This document shows, piece after piece, positions 22,984-34,263 of a DNA stretch of 64,000 nt. Positions within the stretch are counted from its first letter, which is position 1; each line of letters begins with the position of its first letter. The notes beneath the pieces were generated by a model. It ran no database searches and was not told the origin of the DNA. It saw only the letters and a program-made list of their open reading frames with translations. The DNA lies in contig OZ025686.1 in the NCBI GenBank assembly GCA_964019335.1, positions 496,001-560,000 on the forward strand, read 5' to 3'. The position numbers and the translations under genes are program-made. This DNA is from Diplonema japonicum (Eukaryota > Protista > Euglenozoa: Diplonemea).

Positions 22984-24406
22984 ATGTCTGACAAGACCAA
23001 GCACGAGCCCAGGGACCACGACTCCTTCGAGGATGACAAGCTCCCCGATGACGTGAAGGTGTGCCCCTCCTTCGACGAGATGCCCCTCCACACCAACCTC
23101 CTCCGCGGAATTTACTCCTACGGGTATGCAGTGTTGTCGTCATTTCACACTTACATCACAACAGGTTCGAGAAGCCCTCCGCCATCCAGCAGCGTGCCAT
23201 CATCCCCTTCATCAAGGGTGGTGACTTGATCGCCCAGGCCCAGTCTGGTACTGGTAAGACTGGTGCTTTCACCATTGGTCTCCTCCAGCGCATGGACTGG
23301 ACCACCAGGGCCTGCCAGGGTCTTGTCCTCTCGCCCACCCGTGAGCTGGCCGTGCAGACTGAGCAGGTCATCAGCAACATCGGTGAGTACCTCTGCGACG
23401 GTACCTTCTGCCACACCTTCGTTGGTATGTAATGACATCAAACACCCAAACCCAACACCTCAGGTGGCACCCGAGTGAACGATGATTTGAAGAAGCTCTC
23501 CCAGGGTGTTCTTGTGGCCGTCGGTACCCCCGGTCGTGTCTTCGATGTGATCAAGAGGAACGCCCTCAAGACCGACCACCTTAAGGTATGCTCCACATGA
23601 GTGGACGAAGGTCAACACACCACAGGTCCTGACCCTTGACGAGGCTGACGAGATGCTCAGCCAGGGTTTCTCCGAGCAGATCTACGAGATCTTCAAGTTC
23701 CTCCCCAAGGACGTGCAGGTGACCCTGTTCTCCGCCACCATGCCCCCTGAAGTCCTTGACCTTACCCAGAAGTTCATGAGGGAGCCCATCAGGATCCTTG
23801 TGAAGAAGGAGGCCCTGACCCTTGAGGGTATCAAGCAGTTCTACGTGGCGGTATGTTGCACTTCTAGAACAACCACAACCGCACACCACCTATAGGTTGA
23901 GGAGGAGTACAAGCTCGAGACTCTGATGGACCTGTACGACTCTGTCTCCATCGCCCAGAGTGTGATCTTCTGCAACACCCGTCGTAAGGTTGACTGGCTC
24001 GCTGAGAAGATGAACCAGAAGGAGTTCACCGTGTCCTTCATGCACGCTGAGATGCCCAAGGGTGAGAGAGAGAAGGTCATGAAGACCTTCAGGTCTGGTT
24101 CCTCGCGTGTGCTGATCTCCACCGACCTGCTGGCCCGTGGTATCGACGTGCACCACGTTTCCATTGTCATCAACTTCGACCTTCCCGCCAACAAGGAGAA
24201 CTACCTGCACAGGATCGGTAGGTCTGGTCGTTACGGTAGGAAGGGTGTTGCTATCAACTTCGTGAACACCAAGGACGTGAACCTCCTTAAGGAGCTTCAG
24301 GTTTGTGAAATAGAAAATCTTGAACAACGACACCACACCACAACAGGAGTTCTACAACACCACCATCGAGGAGCTCCCCATGGACTTCGCCTCCCACTTG
24401 GAGTAG
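22984..24406 (+). CDS. EIF4A: eIF4A copy 1 (canonical, 403 aa); introns 23124-23164, 23425-23463, 23586-23625, 23851-23895, 24301-24346
   Basis: Spliced product has the Q motif, [32 protein letters not shown] and HRIGRSGR. Exons sum to 1212 nt. Confidence 0.95.
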
Positions 24407-25592
24407 ACTGGAGAGGAAGGTTGCTAGATTTAGGTAAAATTTTTGTGTTCAGTAAAAGGTTAAGTCAGATCATGAAGAGCGGTGGCCCGAGGTGCCTCTC
24501 TTCGTCCCTCCCTTCGACCCAGCCCAAAGGTGTTTTCTTTCTTTTTTTTCTTTCTTGAATTAATTGTGTCTCCCATTTTTTTATTATATTTTCTTTCCCC
24601 CTATTTTTTTCTTTTGCTTATCAGAACTAAATGGAAAATACAGTGGAAATATTACAAAAATCTCTCTTTGTCCTTCCCAACCCTCCCCCCCTCCTTTCTA
24701 ACAAGTACCGAATCAAAATTTTCCCCGTTACCCCCCCCCCCCCCCTTTGCTTTTTAGGACACATTTTTATTTTCTTTTTTCCGGTCTCTTTCCTGGCGCT
24801 GTTGCTTGCTATCTGAAGCCTCTCATAGAAGTGGCGCCCTCTTGGGGAGGGAACACATGTCTAGTATCGCGCTAGGCTCGGTCAAGTGAGGGAGGCTGTA
24901 ACGGTGAAGTGCAAGAGAGAAGGGTTAACTATTTGAAGTGGGAGATAGGTGCAATTTTTGCGGCTGCCTAAATATTGAAAAAAAAAGAATGCTTGCTTAT
25001 TTCCGTTTTCGGCCAGACTAGGGCTACAGAGCAACGACTTTAGGCGAAGGCCCTCCCCTTTTATATTCCCCCCACTTTTTTTTATACTTTTCTCCCTATT
25101 TTTATTTCCCCCCTACGAAAAAATAAGAATTATTGGCGCCTGCACCCCCCGCTTCTGCCCATTCCTCTTGTTCACTTAGTTTCTCCTGCCTGTCTTTCTT
25201 ACTTTGGCTTTTTCACATCTTTGTTATCTATATGGGTACTGACAAGCAGTCCCCGGCATGTGTTGGGGGGTGCTGCTCCTGGCTCTTCTGATGGTGAGTA
25301 GCAACAAGTGACAGGAAACTAAGAGACATAGCAAGCGGTTGAAAGTGTCGTAACTAAAACGAAAAAAAACTTACTTTAAAGTATAATACCAAATTTTAAA
25401 AAAAAGAACAAATAGAAAAAAAAAAAAAACAAGAAACAAAGAGATGACTTAGTTTTTAAATAAAGCAGAGAAGACCCAACCCGCCGTTTTTTCCATTACT
25501 TTGTTCCCTCTCTGTTATTTCACTCTTACGCTGCGCTATCACACATCCCGCAGGCACAGGACGGGACAGGTTCTTCTACTTGTTCATCGAAA

Positions 25593-26905
25593 ATGTCAGA
25601 TAAAGCCGTGTGCCCCTCCTTCGACGAGATGCCCCTCCACACCAACCTCCTCCGCGGAATTTACTCCTACGGGTATGCAGTGTTGTCGTCATTTCACACT
25701 TACATCACAACAGGTTCGAGAAGCCCTCCGCCATCCAGCAGCGTGCCATCATCCCCTTCATCAAGGGTGGTGACTTGATCGCCCAGGCCCAGTCTGGTAC
25801 TGGTAAGACTGGTGCTTTCACCATTGGTCTCCTCCAGCGCATGGACTGGACCACCAAGGCCTGCCAGGGTCTTGTCCTCTCGCCCACCCGTGAGCTGGCC
25901 GTGCAGACTGAGCAGGTCATCAGCAACATCGGTGAGTACCTCTGCGACGGTACCTTCTCAGGTGTTTTTACAAGTATGCAGATGACACACACAATCACCC
26001 GTAACAGGTGGTAACTTCGAGAACGATGACTTGCAGAAGCTCTCCCAGGGTGTTCTTGTGGCCGTCGGTACCCCCGGTCGTGTCTTCAGCATGATCAAGA
26101 GGAACGCCCTCAAGACAGACACTCTTAAGGTCCTGACCCTTGACGAGGCCGATTTGATAGTCAGCAAACTAACCAAGCAGATCTACGAGATCTTCAAGTT
26201 CCTCCCCAAGGACGTGCAGGTGACCCTGTTCTCCACCACCATGCCCCCTGAAGTCCTTGACCTTACCCAGAAGTTCATGAGGGAGCCCACCAAAATCCTT
26301 ATAAAAAGGGAGGCCCTGACCCTTGAGGGTATCAAGCAGTTCTACGTGGCGGTATGTTGCACTTTAGAACAACCACAACCGCACACCACCCATAGGTTGA
26401 GGAGGAGTACAAGCTCGAGACTCTGATGGACCTGTACGACTCTGTCTCCATCGCCCAGACTTTAGTGTTTTGCAAAGCCCCTGGTAAGGTTGTCTGGCTC
26501 GCGGAATATTTGAACCGGAAAGAGTTCACCGTATCCTCATTGCACGATGAGTTGTCCGAGGAAGAGAGAGGGGTGGCTTTACGTGCCTTCAGGTCTGGTT
26601 CCTCGCGTGTGCTGATCTCCACCGACCTGCTGGCCCGTGGTATCGACGTGCACCACGTTTCCATTGTCATCAACTTCGACCTTCCTGTCAACAAGGAGAA
26701 CTACCTGCACAGGATCGGTAGGTCTGGTCGTTACGGTAGGAAGGGTGTTGCTATCAATTTTGTGGGCACCAAAGAAATGAACCTCCTTTTGGAGTTGCAG
26801 GTTTGTGAGAACAAAATCTTGAACAACGACACCACACCACAACAGGAGTTCTACAACACCACCATCGAGGAGCTCCCCATGGACTTCGCCTCCCACTTGG
26901 AGTAG
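25593..26905 (+). CDS. EIF4A: eIF4A copy 2 (divergent paralog); introns 25673-25713, 25974-26007, 26352-26395, 26801-26845
   Basis: Open frame after splicing. GKT, DEAD and motif VI intact; GG->SG, SAT->[11 protein letters not shown]->FCKAPGKV. Intron 3 precisely absent. Confidence 0.85.
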
Positions 26906-27123
26906 CCTTGCTAGATTTAGGTAATTTTTTTTTGAGTTTTTGTTGCTCAACAAAGAGCATTATTCTAGCTAAAATCTCTTTGCAAAAATCTTATATCTCT
27001 CATTTCCACTTTCTTTTCAAATGAAGATTTTATTTGAAATTTCATTCTTGTTACTTGGTCCCTCTTCCTCTATTCTCTTTCTTCCTGCCGCGATCGCATC
27101 ATGATTGCATCGCTGCAGCACAC

Positions 27124-28320
27124 ATGCCAAGTTATATCCCTTCGGACACTACTTTTGACGACAATGTGACAGAGCCAATGCATGTCCCCTTCGGTAATAT
27201 GCGGCTATCAGACCGCCTACTTCGTGGTCTCCATGGTAATATTTGTAACTTTGAGAAGCCCACGCCCCTCCAGCGACGTGCCATCAGGCCTTTCACTATG
27301 GGAGGCGACCTTGTCGTCCTTGCACAGTCGGGTTGCAGTAGGACACTTATATTCACCATTGGTCTCCTCCAGCGCATGGACTGGACCACCAAGGCCTGCC
27401 AGGGTCTTGTCCTCTCGCCCACCCGTGAGCTGGCCGTGCAGACTGAGCAGGTCATCAGCAACATCGGTGAGTACCTCTGCGACGGTACCCTCTGCCACAC
27501 CTTCCAAACCGGCAGCGGGCCTTCTAACCCCAGTCAGCAGACACCCATAGCCGTGGGCACTCCCCAATGCACTCTTGACGCAGTCACACAGGGCACTCTT
27601 GACGTTGAGCAGTTCAAGATTGTAGTTCTCGACGAGGCTGACGAGATGCTCAGCCAAGGTTTCTCCGAGCAGATCTACGAGATCTTCAAGTTCCTCCCCA
27701 AGGACGTGCAGGTGACCCTGTTCTCCGCCACCATGCCCCCTGAAGTCCTTGACCTTACCCAGAAGTTCATGAAGGACCCCGTCAGAGTTAAAGAACCAAA
27801 ACACTGTGCCCTTCAGTACAACAGACACTTCCTCGTTTTGTCAGATGAAAAGGATAAGCATAAGGATAAGCTTTCAATCTTGTTAGATGTCCACGTATCA
27901 AGGCCCTTCAAGCACGATGTGATCTTCTGCAACACGGTTTCGAAGGCTGAATGGCTGGCCGAAGCCATGACAGTGGAGAAAATCCGTGTGTCTCTCCTGC
28001 ACTACGACATGCCTTTCGGTGAGCAACGGAAGGCTGTCACCGACTTCAAATCCGGCGACAGCGCAGTTCTGATCTCCACCGACGACGTGGAGCATGGCGT
28101 CGATACGTCCGTTGCAGTAGTGCTCAACTATGATCTTCCAGACTACCAGGACTACGCGAGCAGGCTGGGCGAACCTGAGAACTACTGCCGCACATCAAGA
28201 AGACCTGTTGCCATCAATTTCATCACGGACCATGAAGCAAAGCGGGTTGCAGACATCAAATCTTTTTACTCAATTTCCATCGAAGATTTACCCTTTGATT
28301 TTCCATCCTACATAGCTTAG
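27124..28320 (+). CDS. eIF4A-like copy 3: intronless, 398 aa, degenerate ATPase motifs
   Basis: Uninterrupted ORF collinear with eIF4A. Motif I AQSGCSRT, Ib TPQC, V EHGVD, VI SRLGEPEN; PTRELA, DEAD and SAT retained. Confidence 0.85.
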   Translation: MPSYIPSDTTFDDNVTEPMHVPFGNMRLSDRLLRGLHGNICNFEKPTPLQRRAIRPFTMGGDLVVLAQSGCSRTLIFTIGLLQRMDWTTKACQGLVLSPTRELAVQTEQVISNIGEYLCDGTLCHTFQTGSGPSNPSQQTPIAVGTPQCTLDAVTQGTLDVEQFKIVVLDEADEMLSQGFSEQIYEIFKFLPKDVQVTLFSATMPPEVLDLTQKFMKDPVRVKEPKHCALQYNRHFLVLSDEKDKHKDKLSILLDVHVSRPFKHDVIFCNTVSKAEWLAEAMTVEKIRVSLLHYDMPFGEQRKAVTDFKSGDSAVLISTDDVEHGVDTSVAVVLNYDLPDYQDYASRLGEPENYCRTSRRPVAINFITDHEAKRVADIKSFYSISIEDLPFDFPSYIA

Positions 28321-28406
28321 AAGGAGGGTGTTCTAATTCAGTTTCTAAGTTATTTACCCCTTTATTCATGTAATATTCAGCGCATCTCAGATCTATTTGA
28401 ATTATC

Positions 28407-29829
28407 ATGCCTGAGAAGACGGAACAGAAACACGAGCCCAAGGACCACGACTCCTTCGAGGATGACAAGCTCCCCGATGACGTGAAGGTGTGCCCCTCCT
28501 TCGACGAGATGCCCCTCCACACCAACCTCCTCCGCGGAATTTACTCCTACGGGTATGCAGTGTTGTCGTCATTTCACACTTACATCACAACAGGTTCGAG
28601 AAGCCCTCCGCCATCCAGCAGCGTGCCATCATCCCCTTCATCAAGGGTGGTGACTTGATCGCCCAGGCCCAGTCTGGTACTGGTAAGACTGGTGCTTTCA
28701 CCATTGGTCTCCTCCAGCGCATGGACTGGACCACCAAGGCCTGCCAGGGTCTTGTCCTCTCGCCCACCCGTGAGCTGGCCGTGCAGACTGAGCAGGTCAT
28801 CAGCAACATCGGTGAGTACCTCTGCGACGGTACCTTCTGCGGTACCTTCGTTGGTATGTAATGATATCAAACACCTATAAAAAATTCACAAGGTGGCACC
28901 CCCATTAACACCGATCTGCAGAAGCTCTCCCGAGGTGTTCTTGTGGCCGTCGGTACCCCCGGTCGTGTCTTCGATGTGATCAAGAGGAAGGCACTGAAGA
29001 CCGACAGCCTTTCGGTATGGCATGCCTGCCGACTGTATCCAACCACAGGTCCTGACCCTTGACGAGGCTGACGAGATGCTCAGCCAGGGTTTCTCCGAGC
29101 AGATCTACGAGATCTTCAAGTTCCTCCCCAAGGACGTGCAGGTGACCCTGTTCTCCGCCACCATGCCCCCTGAAGTCCTTGACCTTACCCAGAAGTTCAT
29201 GAGGGAGCCCATCAGGATCCTTGTGAAGAAGGAGGCCCTGACCCTTGAGGGTATCAAGCAGTTCTACGTGGCGGTATGTTGCACTTCTAGAACAACCACA
29301 ACCGCACACCACCTATAGGTTGAGGAGGAGTACAAGCTCGAGACTCTGATGGACCTGTACGACTCTGTCTCCATCGCCCAGAGTGTGATCTTCTGCAACA
29401 CCCGTCGTAAGGTTGACTGGCTCGCTGAGAAGATGAACCAGAAGGAGTTCACCGTGTCCTTCATGCACGCTGAGATGCCCAAGGGTGAGAGAGAGAAGGT
29501 CATGGCCACTTTCAGGTCTGGCTCTTCGCGTGTGCTGATCTCCACCGACCTGCTGGCCCGTGGTATCGACGTGCACCACGTTTCCATTGTCATCAACTTC
29601 GACCTTCCTGTCAACAAGGAGAACTACCTGCACAGGATCGGTAGGTCTGGTCGTTACGGTAGGAAGGGTGTTGCTATCAACTTCGTGAACACCAAGGACG
29701 TGAACCTCCTTAAGGAGCTTCAGGTTTGTGAAATAGAAAATCTTGAACAACGACACCACACCACAACAGGAGTTCTACAACACCACCATCGAGGAGCTCC
29801 CCATGGACTTCGCCTCCCACTTGGAGTAG
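28407..29829 (+). CDS. EIF4A: eIF4A copy 4 (near-canonical); introns 28553-28593, 28854-28892, 29015-29048, 29274-29318, 29724-29769
   Basis: All DEAD-box motifs intact; long stretches identical to copy 1. Confidence 0.93.
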
Positions 29830-30960
29830 ACTGGATACGGCGAAGGCAGTGGTAGTGGCAGGGGTTTTTTTTTTTAATTATTTCTTGCATTGCGGTCTGG
29901 GCACGCCCTTTGTGGCAACGGTCATAAAGCGTGTTGCAGTACAACAAGCACTTAACACGTGTGTTTTGGGCCGCTCTGCTCAATTCCCCCAATCTTTCCC
30001 CACACATTTTTTTCTTCTTCCCTCCCCTCTTCACCCCACACTATTTCAAATGAACCCACCCACCCTAGACCCCACGTTAAGTATGTTGGCCAGCACAGAC
30101 CGGGAGAGGGCATCTAGTTCAATGCCTCAGTCTTGATGTTCTGTCATAATTGTTACACGAACCAACTGCTATTCGGTAAAGCAATGGAAACAGACAAGGA
30201 GGCACGGAGGGCTTCATGTTTCTTTTTTGCTCTTTCAGGTTTTCTTTGCCCACTATCTGCTTCACGAGTGCAGGGCACTTTGTACGGCTGCCAGGCTGGC
30301 AACGTGCGAGAGTCCTCCTTTATTGTGGCAATTTGGGGGAGAAAGAAAATGAAAAAAGGGGGGGTAAATAAATGCAGAGAGATAACATTATTTTTTTTTG
30401 GAGAGCGCCTTTTCTTGGCTGCTATATTCGTGAATTTTAATAACAGGAAAAAAAGTATGGAAAAAAGGAATTTAAAAAAAAAGAAATATTGGAGAGAGGG
30501 GGAAATGGGGGTGCCTGCTTTCCGAGCTGGTATCTTCCCCTCTGGTTATCAACATGAAAAAATATCTTGGGTACATTTAAATGAAAAAAAAAAAAAATTA
30601 CGTCCCCTTTCCCCTCATCCCTGCCCTTGACACCGCCACACTGGGTCTTGTGCTGCACTTGCCCTTATGTTTGCGTTAAAAAAAAAAAGCTACACGTTTT
30701 TCACCCTACGCCAGCCGCCTGCCAACCTTCACGTACTCCCCATCTCCCCACATTCCATAATTCTCGTAGAAGAAGGAGGGAACACAAAAGGGATGAGAAA
30801 AAAAAATGTCAGTTCGGAGTGTTTTTTTTTTTTTTTTTTTTTTTTTTTTTGAGTCCCAACCCTCCCCCACGCATGCTCCATGCTTATTAATCTAGAGTGG
30901 TCCCTTACCCTCCTGTTTTGTCTTTGTACACAACCTTAACCACCACAGCACACTGATACC

Positions 30961-32076
30961 ATGAAGGAGTACTTACCCATCAAGTACCCCTTGTCAACAG
31001 GGATACTCGTGCTGGGCTTTGTTTACGGAATACTCCAGGCCCTTCTGGGGACTGTGCTGGGGTTGGTTGTGTTGGTTGTGTTGTTGGCAGTATTTGTAGG
31101 TGCGTGTCTGCTAGTGGGGAAGAAGTATTTCAAGGAAGATGTCAAGGAGAGGAGGAAGGCCATCAAGCTCCTGATGGTAGGGGAGCCGGAGCGCAGTATT
31201 GAAGAGTGCAGGGAAGGGAAGAATGTGGACATCTCGATTGTGGTGCCGTGCTACAACGAGGAGAATAGAATTGAGCGGATGCTGAAGGAGACGGTGGAGT
31301 ACCTGCGAGAGAAGGAGAAGGGGCGGGAATGGGAGATCGTCATAGCCGATGATGGGTCGTCGGACAGCTCAGTCCACACGTGTCTTAAGCTGGCAGTGGG
31401 TTATGGCATTCAGAAGAATCTGAAAGTCGTGGCTGTGAAGCCCAACAGAGGAAAGGGCTACGCTGTGCGGCAGGGCGTCTTCGCCTCGTCAGGAAGCCTC
31501 ATCCTCATGGCAGACGCTGATGCTGCATCAGATATCAACGAGTTCCATGCGCTGGAGGCAAGCCTTTCCCCGACTACCAACACCTGCATAGCTGTAGGGT
31601 CGCGCGCGCATATGGAGGAGGACTCTAAAGCCTCCCGCACCCCCGTGAGAACCCTCCTCATGGTCCTCTTCCACTTCTGTGTTGTTTTCACCTTCGCCTT
31701 CTCCCACCGCTACACGCACATCAAAGACACGCAGTGTGGGTTCAAACTTTTCACAAGAGAGGCCGCCTTTAAAACTTTCTCCAACATCAGGCTTGAGAGA
31801 TGGGCCTTTGATGTCGAGCTGGTATGCCATAACAAGGAGGGAGGGAGGGACATCACAAACAACAGCTTGTCGCTGCTAGCATTCTAGGCTACAACGTCTC
31901 AGAGGTGCAGATCAAGTGGGAGGAGATCGACGGTTCACACGTATGCAATATCTGTTTCAAACTTCAATGCACACCAGATGTCGGTCAAGGGCATGGTGCG
32001 TATGGGGCTGGAGCTTCTCCTCACGAGTATATGTATCCGCTTTGGGTTGTGGGACGTGCAGGACGTGGACCTGTGA
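30961..32076 (+). CDS. ALG5: Dolichyl-phosphate beta-glucosyltransferase (GT2); introns 31822-31865, 31941-31977
   Basis: N-terminal TM, SIVVPCYNEE, DDGS, NRGKG, DAD, DTQCGFKLFTR, RWAFDVEL, then WEEIDGS after splicing. Confidence 0.85.
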
Positions 32077-32373
32077 ATGTAGAAATGAACTATGAGAACT
32101 TTAAAAAGAAAAAAGGAAAAAGAAAACCGCCCGAAGATGAAGAGTGCAGAACGAGATAGACAGCCCTTTAAAATCAGTGTGCAACTTTCTTCCCTCAAAG
32201 AGCAGGCCTTCTGCACCATGCCCGCCAGCGACACCTGCCTCACCGAAGAGAGATGAGCAGCTTGCAAGTCGCATACATAGCTTTCCGTTGAACGTTTCAA
32301 GGGGAGAAAGAGAATACATGATACGAGTAGTATTTTGATGTTGTTTGCCAGTACTCTATCCTCCATAGGTAAC

Positions 32374-33657
32374 ATGCTCCGGGGACTATGCGCGAGTAAG
32401 AAATGTGCAGTGTTTCGGGGTACCCTTCGCATCACGCGCAGATACAATGGAGACATCTCCAGCAAGAGCACGAACAGTGCCGCTCCTGATGCATGTGAAC
32501 GGGTTACCAAGGTTGGTGCTGTGGCAAACGTTGCCCTGTGTGGGATTAAGGGTGTGGCTGGTGTTGTGGGGAATAGCAGTGCGATGGTGGCCGATGCTGT
32601 GCACTCTTTGGGCGATCTGGTGTCCGACGCCGTTACTTTAGGAGCCCTGCGCTACGCAAGAGAACCTCCGAGTGCAACTTTCCCCTTCGGGAGAGGGAAA
32701 GTGGAGAGTCTCGGTGCCCTTACCGTGTCTGGGCTGCTGATTGGCACGAGTGTCAGCATCGCGCAGTTCTCATACTCATCCTTCTTGGCTTCGCAGGCAC
32801 ATGTTGTGGGACCTGTGGCACTGGTGTGTGCAGCTATCTCGGTAGTGACGAAGGAGTTCCTGTACCGCATCACCGTGAAGGCAGGCAAGGCGGCCAACTC
32901 ACAAGTGACGGTAGCAAATGCACACCACCACAGGTCCGATGCGTACTCCTCTGTTGTGGCCATCGTCGGCATCGGGGGCAACATGATGGGCTACTCTTTC
33001 TTGGACCCCCTCGCGGGTGGGATAGTGGCACTCATGATCTTGAAGACAGGTATCGAGATAGGAGCCACGTCTGTGAAGGACCTCATCGACGTGGGGACAC
33101 CCATTGACGACCTGGACCCGGAGCTCATGGAGAAGGTCACGGAGATTGGGAACAAGTACGGGGCAAAGATACCCAGGGAGCAGATGATGGTGCGGGCCAT
33201 GGGCCCCTTTTATTCATTACACCTCGTCATGCAGCTGAAGTCGGTCGCTACTATTTCAGTCGCGTCGCAGCTAGCTGCTACTATCAAGAGTGATATTCTT
33301 AACTCCTGTGAGGAGATCCAGCAGGTGTACATATCGTCAGTGCCTGTTGAGGATGCGAACCTGACGAAGGCGAGATCGATGCCGCTGCCGAGCGTGTTGC
33401 GCGAAGAAGTGATGAAGGTGGTGGATGGGATACCTGAGGTGCTCAGTGTGACGCATTTCACACCACATTACCTATCGGGGAAGGTGACTGTCAACCTTGA
33501 GGTGATCATGGATCCCTCGACAATCACCACCACGAAAGAAGCAGCTGCTGTTGCTAGAAAAGCCGAATCTGCCATCCTCAAAACTGTGCCCTCAGTGAAC
33601 CATGTAGACATGCACCTCGAGCTGCGCAACTTCAAGCAAGTTTGCCACGATTTCTAA
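32374..33657 (+). CDS. Cation diffusion facilitator metal transporter, probably mitochondrial (MMT1/MTP6-like)
   Basis: ADAVHSLGD and HHHRSD metal sites, PFGRGKVESL, C-terminal dimerisation domains, Arg-rich presequence. Confidence 0.88.
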   Translation: MLRGLCASKKCAVFRGTLRITRRYNGDISSKSTNSAAPDACERVTKVGAVANVALCGIKGVAGVVGNSSAMVADAVHSLGDLVSDAVTLGALRYAREPPSATFPFGRGKVESLGALTVSGLLIGTSVSIAQFSYSSFLASQAHVVGPVALVCAAISVVTKEFLYRITVKAGKAANSQVTVANAHHHRSDAYSSVVAIVGIGGNMMGYSFLDPLAGGIVALMILKTGIEIGATSVKDLIDVGTPIDDLDPELMEKVTEIGNKYGAKIPREQMMVRAMGPFYSLHLVMQLKSVATISVASQLAATIKSDILNSCEEIQQVYISSVPVEDANLTKARSMPLPSVLREEVMKVVDGIPEVLSVTHFTPHYLSGKVTVNLEVIMDPSTITTTKEAAAVARKAESAILKTVPSVNHVDMHLELRNFKQVCHDF

Positions 33658-33775
33658 TCATCATAGAGAGTTTTGAGTTTTCTGCATTTTTTTTTCTGGA
33701 CTTCGTTTTGTTTCGTACTCCTCTCCACCCTTTCTTGTCACCTTGCGTAACCCTCCAGTCTTTCAGGAAGCAAAA

Positions 33776-33992
33776 ATGGGCGCGATCAAAACCCTCACCG
33801 AGAAACTTCACTACGCGAAGAAGATGAAAGTGAACAGGCCCGTGCCTTGGTATGCCTTGCGTTGTTGTTCCTTTTTATGTCAACTTCCTTCTTTTTCTTT
33901 TTTTATACAGGTTCAGCCGTTTCAAAACCGGGAAGAGCATCAAGTGGAACAGCAAGAGGAGACACTGGAGGCGTACCAAGTTGAGGATGTGA
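33776..33992 (+). CDS. RPL39: 60S ribosomal protein L39; intron 33850-33910
   Basis: Spliced 51-aa product MGAIKT...[32 protein letters not shown]. Confidence 0.93.
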
Positions 33993-34263
33993 GCTGGCCA
34001 TGTTGTGCTATCACTGCAATGCTGAATCAAGTTCCTTTTCATTTTTTACTTTTTATTTCTTGAGTGTATTTCTTCAATTGCGTCTGTGTTCCCTTACTTT
34101 CGGTGGATCCGCTCTTTCGTCGTAGCATTCTGGCTGCTTATGTACCCTGATTTCTGTAGGGCATCTTTGCTTCATGAAGCAGATAAAAAAATCAGAAAGA
34201 AGTAGACGCTGAACACAACAGACACTATAAAAAAAAAGAGGGGAGTAAAAAAAAAACAATGCG

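Noticed and set aside
24930-24970. Loose resemblance to a cobalamin riboswitch start or an snRNA Sm site
   Set aside because: The B12 box and recognisable U1/U2/U4/U5 sequences are absent; kept only as a generic structured island.
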